This document shows positions 1 to 7,702 of a stretch of 14,120 nucleotides of DNA, in pieces. The position numbers and the translations under genes are program-made. The notes beneath the pieces are model-generated. The model did not search any database and was not told the DNA's origin. It was given only the letters and a program-made list of their open reading frames with translations. The DNA is taken from the NCBI GenBank assembly GCA_045863335.1, contig BTVY01000084.1:1-14120 (forward strand), written 5' to 3'. The stretch comes from Candidatus Hydrogenedentota bacterium. GTDB taxonomy: Bacteria > Hydrogenedentota > Hydrogenedentia > Hydrogenedentales > SLHB01. Position 1 is the first letter of the stretch; each line of letters begins with the position of its first letter.

Positions 1-87
1 CTCTTTTTGAAGAGCGCGGGACAGCAACGCCCGGAACTCCCGGGAGTCATCCACCACCAGGGCGCGCGGCAATCGTTGCGGCTCCAC
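1..87 (-). CDS. N-terminus of a response-regulator receiver (REC) domain protein, truncated by the window edge
   Basis: Manual minus-strand translation from GTG at 87: MEPQRLPRALVVDDSREFRALLSRALQKE. This matches the REC beta1 acidic pocket (LVVDD) plus helix 1. GAGGG lies ~7 nt upstream. Not in the ORF track. Confidence 0.8.
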   Translation of the reverse strand, partial: MEPQRLPRALVVDDSREFRALLSRALQKE

Positions 88-239
88 AGAATACCCTCAC
101 TGAATCGTCAGAACGTGCGGAATGACCAATGCGAATGAACCGGACATTGTTTACGATAATCGTACAGCCCTACGATTTGCAAGGAGCCTCATTTTCTGCA
201 TCATATCTCGCATCACGTTCGGCCACAGTGCGGCACGAA

Positions 240-267
240 TTGACTTCTCGCACCGATATGATATAGT
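240..267 (+). promoter_or_regulatory. Candidate sigma70-type promoter for the kaiC operon
   Basis: TTGACT (240-245), 16 nt spacer, TATAGT (262-267), preceded by TGn (extended -10). Confidence 0.5.
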
Positions 268-431
268 GGCAGGCAGGAAGGCGAAGGTGTTCGGGGCGTC
301 TCCAGTTACGGTTGGGAGTCATAGTGCGCTTCATTCCGTAACGTAAGCGTGCTTAAACTTGGATCCCAGTGCAATGGCGGACGTACGCATTCTTGTTGCG
401 CGCAGGCCCAAGGCGCGCTCGCAGGCGGACT

Positions 432-2204
432 ATGGACACCAGGCGTAAAGCGGCCAAGACGGACGCCGGTGTAGCGAAGGCCAGCACAGGCGTTCTAGGT
501 CTCGATGAAATCCTACTCGGCGGCTTCCCGAGCCACCGCACCACGCTACTGCTTGGCGGACCCGGCGCCGGGAAAACCGTCCTCGCGCTGCAATCGCTCC
601 TCCACGCGGCCGAGTTGCACCAGGAGCCGGGGGTATTCGTGGCATTCGAGGAGAATTCGGATCGTATCCTCCAAAATGCGAACGGCTTCGATTGGAACAC
701 CACGGCGCTTCAAGACGGCCGTGTTGAGTTTATGGACGCGGGAATCTCGTCCGCGGACGCGCAGGTGGGGGCCTTCGACCTGGAGGGGCTCCTCGCCGCG
801 GTCGGCGCGAAAGCAGACGAAATCGGCGCCAAGCGAGTTGTATTCGACGGCATCGACATGCTCCTCGGCCTGTTGAACGAAGCAGCCGCCGAGCGCCGCG
901 AAGTTCTCCGGCTGAACGCGTGGCTCGGACGCGCCGGATTGACCGGGATTGTCACCGGCAAGAGTCAGAGCGACCATCCCCAATCGCTGGAACCATACGA
1001 ATTCCTCCAATTCATGGCGGATTGCGTCATCTACCTCCACCGCCGCATTTCGGGCCGTACTTCAGAGCGGGGACTGCGCGTACTGAAATACCGGGGGAGC
1101 GGTTTCTCCGAGAACGAGTGCCCCCTCTCGATTGGGTCGCACGGCGTGACGGTCGCATTCCAGGGCAGAGCCGCGACAGGCCGTGGGGTAGGGACGACCC
1201 GAGTCTCGTCCGGCATCCCGCGATTGGATGCCATGCTGGAGGGGGGCTTTTATCGCGGGTCCACGGTTCTGGTGTCGGGGAATCCGGGAACCGCAAAAAC
1301 GTCCCTGTGCGGCGTGTTTGCGGATGCGGCGTGCGCGCGCGGCGAACGGGTCCTCTATGTGGGCCTGGACGAATCCGGGGACGAACTCGTACGGAATCTG
1401 AAGAGCATCAATGTCAATCTTGAGCCGCATCAAAAGCGCGGAGTATTACGCATCCATTCGCCGAGCGCGGTCGCGACAAGCCCCCAGGAGCATTTCGTGG
1501 CCATCCAACGTCTGATCGAGGACCACCGGCCCGAGGCGCTGGTCGTCGATCCCCTCTCGGCCGTGCTGAAATACGGCGGTGAATCGCTCGCCATGGAGAT
1601 GTGGCTCCGCCTGCGTTATCTCTGCGAGGAGCGGCAGATAACCACCATGGTAACCAGTCTGCTCGACGTGGCGAACCCGGATTCCGAGTCCACGGATGTC
1701 CAGGTCTCCACCGTCGCGGATTCCTGGATTCATCTCACCTACACGGCGCGCGGCGGGGAACGAAATCGTGCGCTGACGATCATCAAATCCCGCGGTACTC
1801 AGAATTCCAACCAGGTCCGCGAACTCGTCCTCTCGAAAGAGGGGATTACGCTTGCCGATGTCTATCTGGCGGAGGGCGAAGTTCTCATGGGCTCGGCGCG
1901 CTGGGAGAAGGAACTGACGGAGTCCACGCGAAACGAGCAGCGGGTGCGGGAGATCGCAAAGCGGCGGCGGCAATTGGAGCTTGCGAAATCGGAGATCGAG
2001 GCGCAGATTCAAGTGCTCCAGCAGCGGTTGGAATTGCAGCGGCTTGAACTGGAGAACATCGTCCTCGATCAGGAAGCGGAATTGCGCCAGGATCGCGAGA
2101 GGCATGCCGGGCTGTCGGGCCGGCGCGGCGCGGATCCGGGCGCCGTTCACGCGAAAAGAACGGGCGCCAAACGGGCAGGAAGGAAACCGGAGACGAAAAA
2201 GTGA
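432..2204 (+). CDS. kaiC: Circadian clock protein KaiC family double-domain ATPase/autokinase (~590 aa) with C-terminal coiled-coil extension
   Basis: Two RecA-like domains. CI has Walker A GGPGAGKT, AFEE and KYRG; CII has GNPGTAKT, LDES and KSRG. VSTVAD aligns with the S431/T432 phosphosites of cyanobacterial KaiC. Start placed at ATG 432 after GCAGGCGG rather than at 369. Confidence 0.95.
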   Translation: MDTRRKAAKTDAGVAKASTGVLGLDEILLGGFPSHRTTLLLGGPGAGKTVLALQSLLHAAELHQEPGVFVAFEENSDRILQNANGFDWNTTALQDGRVEFMDAGISSADAQVGAFDLEGLLAAVGAKADEIGAKRVVFDGIDMLLGLLNEAAAERREVLRLNAWLGRAGLTGIVTGKSQSDHPQSLEPYEFLQFMADCVIYLHRRISGRTSERGLRVLKYRGSGFSENECPLSIGSHGVTVAFQGRAATGRGVGTTRVSSGIPRLDAMLEGGFYRGSTVLVSGNPGTAKTSLCGVFADAACARGERVLYVGLDESGDELVRNLKSINVNLEPHQKRGVLRIHSPSAVATSPQEHFVAIQRLIEDHRPEALVVDPLSAVLKYGGESLAMEMWLRLRYLCEERQITTMVTSLLDVANPDSESTDVQVSTVADSWIHLTYTARGGERNRALTIIKSRGTQNSNQVRELVLSKEGITLADVYLAEGEVLMGSARWEKELTESTRNEQRVREIAKRRRQLELAKSEIEAQIQVLQQRLELQRLELENIVLDQEAELRQDRERHAGLSGRRGADPGAVHAKRTGAKRAGRKPETKK

Positions 2205-2509
2205 CGCGTATGCAGAACAGTGCTAACGGTCAGAATACAGCAGACGGAGCAGGATACCATTTCCGGTTGTACGTGGCGGGCAATTCCCCGAACTCGGCAC
2301 GGGCGCGCGAGAATCTGAAGCGTATCTGCGAGGTGAGCTACCGCGGCGCCCGTATCGAAACGATCGACGTGACCGAAGACCCGCGACGATGCCTCGAAGA
2401 CGGCGTGCTGGTCACGCCCACGCTGGTTCGGGTATTGCCCCAGCCATGCAAACGGATCATCGGCGACCTGAGCGATCAAGACAGCGTCGCCGGTTTACTG
2501 GCAAGTTAA
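2201..2509 (+). CDS. kaiB: KaiB family protein (start GTG 2201 or ATG 2210)
   Basis: FRLYVAGNSPNSARARENL...IDV...TPTLVRVLPQP.KRIIGDLS are KaiB signature segments. GTGA overlaps the kaiC stop, suggesting translational coupling. Confidence 0.93.
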   Translation: MTRMQNSANGQNTADGAGYHFRLYVAGNSPNSARARENLKRICEVSYRGARIETIDVTEDPRRCLEDGVLVTPTLVRVLPQPCKRIIGDLSDQDSVAGLLAS

Positions 2510-2517
2510 GGCGCGTG

Positions 2518-4605
2518 ATGAAAGACAAGAAACCTCAACCTCCAAGCGAAATGCCTACCGTCGTGCACCAATTGTCCGACGCAGAGGCGACGCTCCGGGC
2601 CATTGTGTCCGGTCAGATCGATTCGATTGTGGATCCGCTCACCGGTGCGACTCGCATTCTCCAAGAGGCGCAGACCGCCCTACTCGAATCCGAGGAGCGC
2701 TACCACCGGCTGGTCAACCGCATTGCGGTCGTGATTCTGGAATTGGAACCCTCGGGAACGATTCGATTCGCGAACGAAGCGCTGCTGCACGTCTTGGGTT
2801 TCGACTCGGGCGACGTCGTGGGCAGCGCCTTTGCGGGAGTTTTTGCCGACCCGCGCGACCCCGGCGCGGCGGAGGCGTTCTGGAATACCGTGCACCGCGA
2901 AGACGTAACCAAGTACGAGTTGAGAATCGCGTCGAAAACCGGTGCGATACGGATGCTGGAGATCACGTCGGCCAATCAATTTGGCGCCGACGGCGTCCCC
3001 ACCCGCATCATCCTCTGTGGGACCGATGAGACCGAGCGCAAACGCGCGCTCGAGGATTTGCAGGAAAGCGAGCAACGCTACCGGTCGTTGTTTACCGGTA
3101 ATCCCGATGGCGTGTTCGCGGTGAATCTGGAGGGCACGCTCACATCGATCAACGACAGCGCGGTGACGTTGACCGGCTACACACTGCAAGAGTTGCAGGA
3201 AAAGCGTCTCGAAGACCTGGTCGCTTCCGACTGTATCAATGAGGTTTTGGAACGAATTCAGTCGACCGTCGAGGGGGAACCTCAGCGGTTTGAAGCGCGG
3301 GGGATTCGCAAGAGCGGCGAGACCATCGAGATCAAAATCACCACCCTGCCCATCAAGGTCCGGGGCCGCATCGCCGGCATCTACGGGATCGTCAAAGACA
3401 TCAGCGCCACCCGGCTGCTCGAACGGGCGCTTTTTCAGGCCCAGAAGATGGAAAGCATCGGGCGATTGGCGGGATCCATCGCCCACGACTTCAACAATCT
3501 TCTCGGCGCGATTCTGGGTTTCTCGGACTTCCTGTACGAGTCGCTTCCCGAGGACAGCGAACAGCGGGCGGACGTGGACGAGATTCGCCACGCGGGCCGG
3601 CGCGCATCGGATTTGACCCGCCAGTTGCTTACCTTTGCGCGCAAGCAGGTGGTGGAACCGCAAGTCTTCAACGTCAACGATCTGGTGAAGAACGTGGACA
3701 AGCTGCTCCGCCGTCTCATGGGGGAGCATATCGAAGTGGTGACCCTGTTCGACGAGGGGATCGGCGAAATCCGGATCGACAAGGGCCAATTCGAGCAATT
3801 GCTCGTGAATCTCGCGGTGAACGCCCGCGATGCCATGCCAAACGGCGGCAAGCTCATTGTCGAAACGCAGGTCTATACCGCCCACGGCGCGACGACTCTT
3901 CAAGGAGAACCGCTCGCCCCGGGCGAGTACGTATTGCTGAACGTGACGGACTCGGGGTTGGGCATGACGCCCGAGGCGTTGATTCATGCCTGCGAACCCT
4001 TCTTCACGACGAAGCCCGAGGGGAAGGGAACGGGACTTGGTCTCGCGACGTGTTTCGGAATTGTCACACAGGCCGGCGGGCATATCGGCTTCTACAGCGA
4101 ACCAGACCACGGAACCAGCGTCAAGATCCTCCTGCCCACCGTCGAAGGCGGCGACGAGAACGTGCTCCACGACTACGTGGACTCCCAATTGACGGTTGAT
4201 GGCACGGAAACGATCCTGTTGGCGGAAGACGAACCCCTACTTCGGGAACTGGTCCAGCGCACGTTGACCCGTCACGGATATACCGTGTTGGTCGCCTCCG
4301 GCGGAACCCGGGCGCTGGCGCTGGCGCGGAGTTACAACGGGCGCATCGATTGCCTCATTACGGACATGGTCATGCCGCACATGGGCGGAAAGGAACTCGC
4401 CGAGACGCTGCTTCTCGAGCGCCCCGACATGACGGTGATCTTCATGTCCGGCTATAGCGAGGTTGTGCTCGCGGAACGCGGGATTGTTGGGCCGGACATG
4501 CACTTCCTGGCAAAGCCATTCATGCCGAAGCAACTGCTGGAGAAAGTCCGCACCGTGCTGAACCGCGCCAAGGATGCCGCGCACCCGGGAAGCCCTTCAA
4601 ACTGA
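2518..4605 (+). CDS. Cytoplasmic hybrid sensor histidine kinase, PAS-PAS-HisKA-HATPase-REC (~695 aa, CckA/NtrB-like)
   Basis: H-box AHDFNNLL, N-box NLAVNARDAM, G1 DSGLGM, F EPFFTTK, G2 GTGLGL; REC AEDE...TDMVMPHMGG...SGY...KPF. Two PAS repeats begin SEERY/SEQRY. No transmembrane segment seen. ATG is 8 nt after the kaiB stop. Confidence 0.93.
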   Translation: MKDKKPQPPSEMPTVVHQLSDAEATLRAIVSGQIDSIVDPLTGATRILQEAQTALLESEERYHRLVNRIAVVILELEPSGTIRFANEALLHVLGFDSGDVVGSAFAGVFADPRDPGAAEAFWNTVHREDVTKYELRIASKTGAIRMLEITSANQFGADGVPTRIILCGTDETERKRALEDLQESEQRYRSLFTGNPDGVFAVNLEGTLTSINDSAVTLTGYTLQELQEKRLEDLVASDCINEVLERIQSTVEGEPQRFEARGIRKSGETIEIKITTLPIKVRGRIAGIYGIVKDISATRLLERALFQAQKMESIGRLAGSIAHDFNNLLGAILGFSDFLYESLPEDSEQRADVDEIRHAGRRASDLTRQLLTFARKQVVEPQVFNVNDLVKNVDKLLRRLMGEHIEVVTLFDEGIGEIRIDKGQFEQLLVNLAVNARDAMPNGGKLIVETQVYTAHGATTLQGEPLAPGEYVLLNVTDSGLGMTPEALIHACEPFFTTKPEGKGTGLGLATCFGIVTQAGGHIGFYSEPDHGTSVKILLPTVEGGDENVLHDYVDSQLTVDGTETILLAEDEPLLRELVQRTLTRHGYTVLVASGGTRALALARSYNGRIDCLITDMVMPHMGGKELAETLLLERPDMTVIFMSGYSEVVLAERGIVGPDMHFLAKPFMPKQLLEKVRTVLNRAKDAAHPGSPSN

Positions 4606-4610
4606 ACGTG

Positions 4611-4666
4611 GGCTCCGTAAACAGGAGCGTGGCGCTCCACCCGCATCGGCCTCCGATTACGGAGCC
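4611..4666. terminator. Possible hairpin/terminator between convergent genes
   Basis: GGAGCG-TGG-CGCTCC (4624-4638), enclosed by a 10 bp inverted repeat GGCTCCGTAA (4611-4620) / TTACGGAGCC (4657-4666). No U-tract. Confidence 0.3.
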
Positions 4667-7437
4667 GACGGCCGCGCGGGACGGACGGCGCCCGGATCGC
4701 CGGAAACAACGGTGGCACGGCCTTCAGAGAGGTCGACTTCCAGGAATCCGGCATCGGGCGCGACGTTCAGTTCCCAATCGCCCGCCTTCAAACGGCTCAC
4801 GTTCCACAGACTGGCCCGGAGAGGCCCTGCGGCCGACACGGTCACGCAAGCCAGCTCGCCGGCGACCTGAATGTCCAAGCCGGGCGCGGTCAACTCGGAC
4901 TGCGTCTGGCTTGGTCCGTACAGGAAGACGTCCGTCAAGCCATCTGCGCGTTTGAACACGATGGAGACCGGCTGTTGATCTCCCGGAGCGGAATCCGGCG
5001 GTGATGTGCGCGCGATCGACTCAAAGAGGCGTGACCCTTCGTACGGTTCGATGATCGATACGAAGGTCGACGCCAAGGGCGCCGCGTCGCTCGTGCGCTC
5101 GGTGTATACGCGCGGCAACCAGCGCGATTCGGAACCGTAGAGGCCCACGTCCACCCAACCTTCCGCAAGCGTTGCCGTGACGTTGTCCGTCAGGTTGGTG
5201 TAGCGCACGTGGATATCACGGTCCGCGCTGACGTAGTCGTAGGGATCGGCAACCTTCCAGTCGACGGACCAGCCCGGTTCGGGCGCGGCGTCGGTCTGGA
5301 AGTTTTGCATCTGCGTGTCTTCGCTGAACGGTTCGCCGGGCGCGAGTTCGAGGCCGCTTGTTGTTACGTCGCCGAAGGAGGAGTGAAAGAAGTTCGTGTG
5401 GCGCGCGCCGCCTTTCACTCGGAACACGTCGACCACATAGAAGTTCTCGTCGCCCACGTCCACCATGGCCACGAGCCGCTCGAACTGTTCGCCGCCGATC
5501 ATCTCCGGCGCGGCGGCGCGCACGGCGTGAAAGCGATCGCCGTCTGCCCAGAGCGTCGTCGTGCCCGCGGCGGACGCCTGATTGTTTCCGTCGACAGCCG
5601 TCGTCACGTGCGCGGCGGTCATCGTGTACCACACCGCGCGCGGCGCGCCCCAGCCGCCGTAGCCGACCGGTGGATATCCGAAGTCGGGAATCAGGTCGAG
5701 TCCCTTCGCGAAGAGGCCGACGTTCATGCCGTCGCGGTGGCTGTGGCGTTCGTGGGAATCGTAGTCGAGCCAGAGCGCGCGCCGGTGCTCGCCTTCGCCG
5801 GAACGCAGGACGGCGAGATGCCACTGCTCCTTGTTGACGCTGCCGAGATTCGGCGTGGGGCCGTGCTCGTCGACGACCGCCTGCACGCGCTGCTGAAACG
5901 CCGCGGGATCGTCCGCGAAGAGATCGTAGGGCAGCCCTTCCGTCTTCGAGCCGTTGGCGAGGTAAATCACCTGCACCAGGCCCGGGTCGTCAGTCAGTTC
6001 GGCGACATCCATGAGAAACGCGTACATGGACGGCTCCACGCCGGGGTTGGTCGAGAACGGTACGCCCGCGTAGGTCGTGCGCTTCTCGCCGACGACGCCG
6101 GTGTCGCCCGTGCGCGGGTACCACGACTCCATGCACCAGGTGTCGAGGTGAAATCGAAACATATCGTTCAGCGCCGGATGCCGCGTGTAGACGGTGCTGA
6201 GGAAATCCGGTTCCAGACGCCGCATCTGCGACAGGATCTCCGCCAGGGCAAAGGGCGCGATGGTCGTGTATCCGTACATGCCTTTCTCGCCGCTCATGCC
6301 GTCCACCGCCGTGGCCTGTTCGACGATGCCGTCGAGCAAGCCCAACACTTCCTCGCGATTGCCCGGCCAGCCGAGCACCGTCTTGATGACCAGCAGCGCG
6401 ATGTCCGTGCGGGGATAGTTGGACTCGATGCGTTCGCGATGGTTCAGGGTGCTCACGAAGATGCCGGACTCGATGTTGCGCTGGATGTCGATCCACGACG
6501 TCTTCGGATTGTCGAGCTTGTATGCGGACGCCTTCTGCGACAGGTAGTCCGTCAACGCGGCTTCCTGCGATTGCGCGCCGTCGTAGATGCGGTCGTAAGC
6601 GAGCGCGAGATGGCGCACCTCTTCGCAGGCGTCGTGCCACGTGGAAATCTGCCCGCGCGTGCCTTGCGTCGTTTCGTACACCAGCCCGCCCTGCGTGTGG
6701 AAGTCGAAGGTGTGATACACGTCGCCCACGCGGTCCAGCAGGATCGCCGCCTTGAAGGCATACTCCGGATCGCCCGTCGCCGCGTAGGCCGCGCTCAGAT
6801 TCACGATGCCCGCGTGGACCCACTTCTTCCACTGGCCGAAGATGGTGTACCAGCCGATGAACCGCCACGTGTGGCCGTCGGCCTGATAACCCGTGCCATC
6901 GTCCACGCCGAAAAGGTGGAGGGGATCGCTGGGGTCGGGGTGCTCCGTGTTGAAGAGCAGCGAGCGGTCCGCGCGTTCGGGTTGGAAGACGCCGTGCTCG
7001 TCGTAACCGGATTTGTGAAAGGCCGCGAAATCGTTCTTCGGAAACAGTTCCTTGCAGTGAGGACAACGCACCTTCCATGGCATGGCGAAGGGGTCGACCT
7101 CCCACGTGTACATGCGCACGGGGTCTTTGCAGGCCGGACAATACCCGTCCGACCAGACCATCCACGTGCGCGGAATGTTCGGTCCGAACATGGCGTCCCA
7201 CAGTTCGTCGTTCGACAGGGCCTTCCACGGCGCGGCCGCGGCGACGAGCTGGTCCTGCATGGCCGCGGCCCAGTCATGCTGCGCCGCGTTCGCCGTCGCA
7301 TGGGCGAGAAGGTCCTGGGAGTAGAACACGCTCTTCGTTTTTGTGGGTGAATATTCGGTCGGATCGGAGCCATGGGCCAACCCGCAAGCCAGTACCGCGA
7401 CCAAAACCAAGCTCCAAACACGCAGCGATCGTTTCAC
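4657..7437 (-). CDS. Secreted heparinase II/III-like (polysaccharide lyase-type) protein, ~926 aa
   Basis: GTG at 7437 with AAGGAG RBS. Signal peptide KRSLRVWSLVLVAVLACGLAHG. C-terminal-half motif HSHRD...DFGY...WY..TAAH.T..VDG is typical of the heparinase II/III beta domain. Two N-terminal CxxC pairs. Confidence 0.75.
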   Translation of the reverse strand: MKRSLRVWSLVLVAVLACGLAHGSDPTEYSPTKTKSVFYSQDLLAHATANAAQHDWAAAMQDQLVAAAAPWKALSNDELWDAMFGPNIPRTWMVWSDGYCPACKDPVRMYTWEVDPFAMPWKVRCPHCKELFPKNDFAAFHKSGYDEHGVFQPERADRSLLFNTEHPDPSDPLHLFGVDDGTGYQADGHTWRFIGWYTIFGQWKKWVHAGIVNLSAAYAATGDPEYAFKAAILLDRVGDVYHTFDFHTQGGLVYETTQGTRGQISTWHDACEEVRHLALAYDRIYDGAQSQEAALTDYLSQKASAYKLDNPKTSWIDIQRNIESGIFVSTLNHRERIESNYPRTDIALLVIKTVLGWPGNREEVLGLLDGIVEQATAVDGMSGEKGMYGYTTIAPFALAEILSQMRRLEPDFLSTVYTRHPALNDMFRFHLDTWCMESWYPRTGDTGVVGEKRTTYAGVPFSTNPGVEPSMYAFLMDVAELTDDPGLVQVIYLANGSKTEGLPYDLFADDPAAFQQRVQAVVDEHGPTPNLGSVNKEQWHLAVLRSGEGEHRRALWLDYDSHERHSHRDGMNVGLFAKGLDLIPDFGYPPVGYGGWGAPRAVWYTMTAAHVTTAVDGNNQASAAGTTTLWADGDRFHAVRAAAPEMIGGEQFERLVAMVDVGDENFYVVDVFRVKGGARHTNFFHSSFGDVTTSGLELAPGEPFSEDTQMQNFQTDAAPEPGWSVDWKVADPYDYVSADRDIHVRYTNLTDNVTATLAEGWVDVGLYGSESRWLPRVYTERTSDAAPLASTFVSIIEPYEGSRLFESIARTSPPDSAPGDQQPVSIVFKRADGLTDVFLYGPSQTQSELTAPGLDIQVAGELACVTVSAAGPLRASLWNVSRLKAGDWELNVAPDAGFLEVDLSEGRATVVSGDPGAVRPARPSAP

Positions 7438-7505
7438 CGGATTCTCCTTTTGCGAAGTGGTACGCGACGTCTCAGGCACGACGCATATCATACTCGCTCG
7501 CGCCG

Positions 7506-7671
7506 AAGAACATCCCCCTTGATCCCCCTTCGAAGGGGGAATTGGGCAACCGATGGTATAGGTAAGTGTACAATGACGTGCCTTATTCGAAGTGCTCAGT
7601 TGCATTGCTGCACAACGCGCAGCGTTGTGCAGAATTCCCCCTTTGAAGGGGGATCAAGGGGGATGTTTCTT
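7506..7671. repeat. Inverted pair of CCCCCTT-N-AAGGGGG REP-like units (REPIN/MITE-like element 1)
   Basis: AAGAACATCCCCCTTGATCCCCCTTCGAAGGGGGAATT (7506-7543) and a near-identical reverse complement (7633-7671). Internal perfect hairpin CTGCACAACGC-GCA-GCGTTGTGCAG (7608-7632). Confidence 0.9.
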
Positions 7672-7702
7672 CCGTCTCGCGCCCGCGATCCCGCCAACGG
7701 CC

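Noticed and set aside
122-346. 74 aa ORF in the kaiC upstream region
   Set aside because: No clear RBS or motif, and it overlaps promoter-like elements of two divergent genes.
432-2509. Calling this a true circadian oscillator
   Set aside because: No kaiA in the window, and sequence alone cannot show self-sustained rhythms.
2389-2517. N-terminal extension of the kinase ORF
   Set aside because: Overlaps kaiB in another frame and is Arg-rich; ATG 2518 fits the operon spacing.
2680-4188. 502 aa minus-strand ORF
   Set aside because: Antisense shadow of the histidine kinase.
5209-7350. 713 aa plus-strand ORF
   Set aside because: Antisense shadow of the lyase-like gene, expected from GC-rich codon usage; no recognisable motifs.
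7438-7605. N-terminal extension of the 982 aa ORF
   Set aside because: It translates the repeat (PPSKGDQGG). The RBS and signal peptide support GTG 7437.
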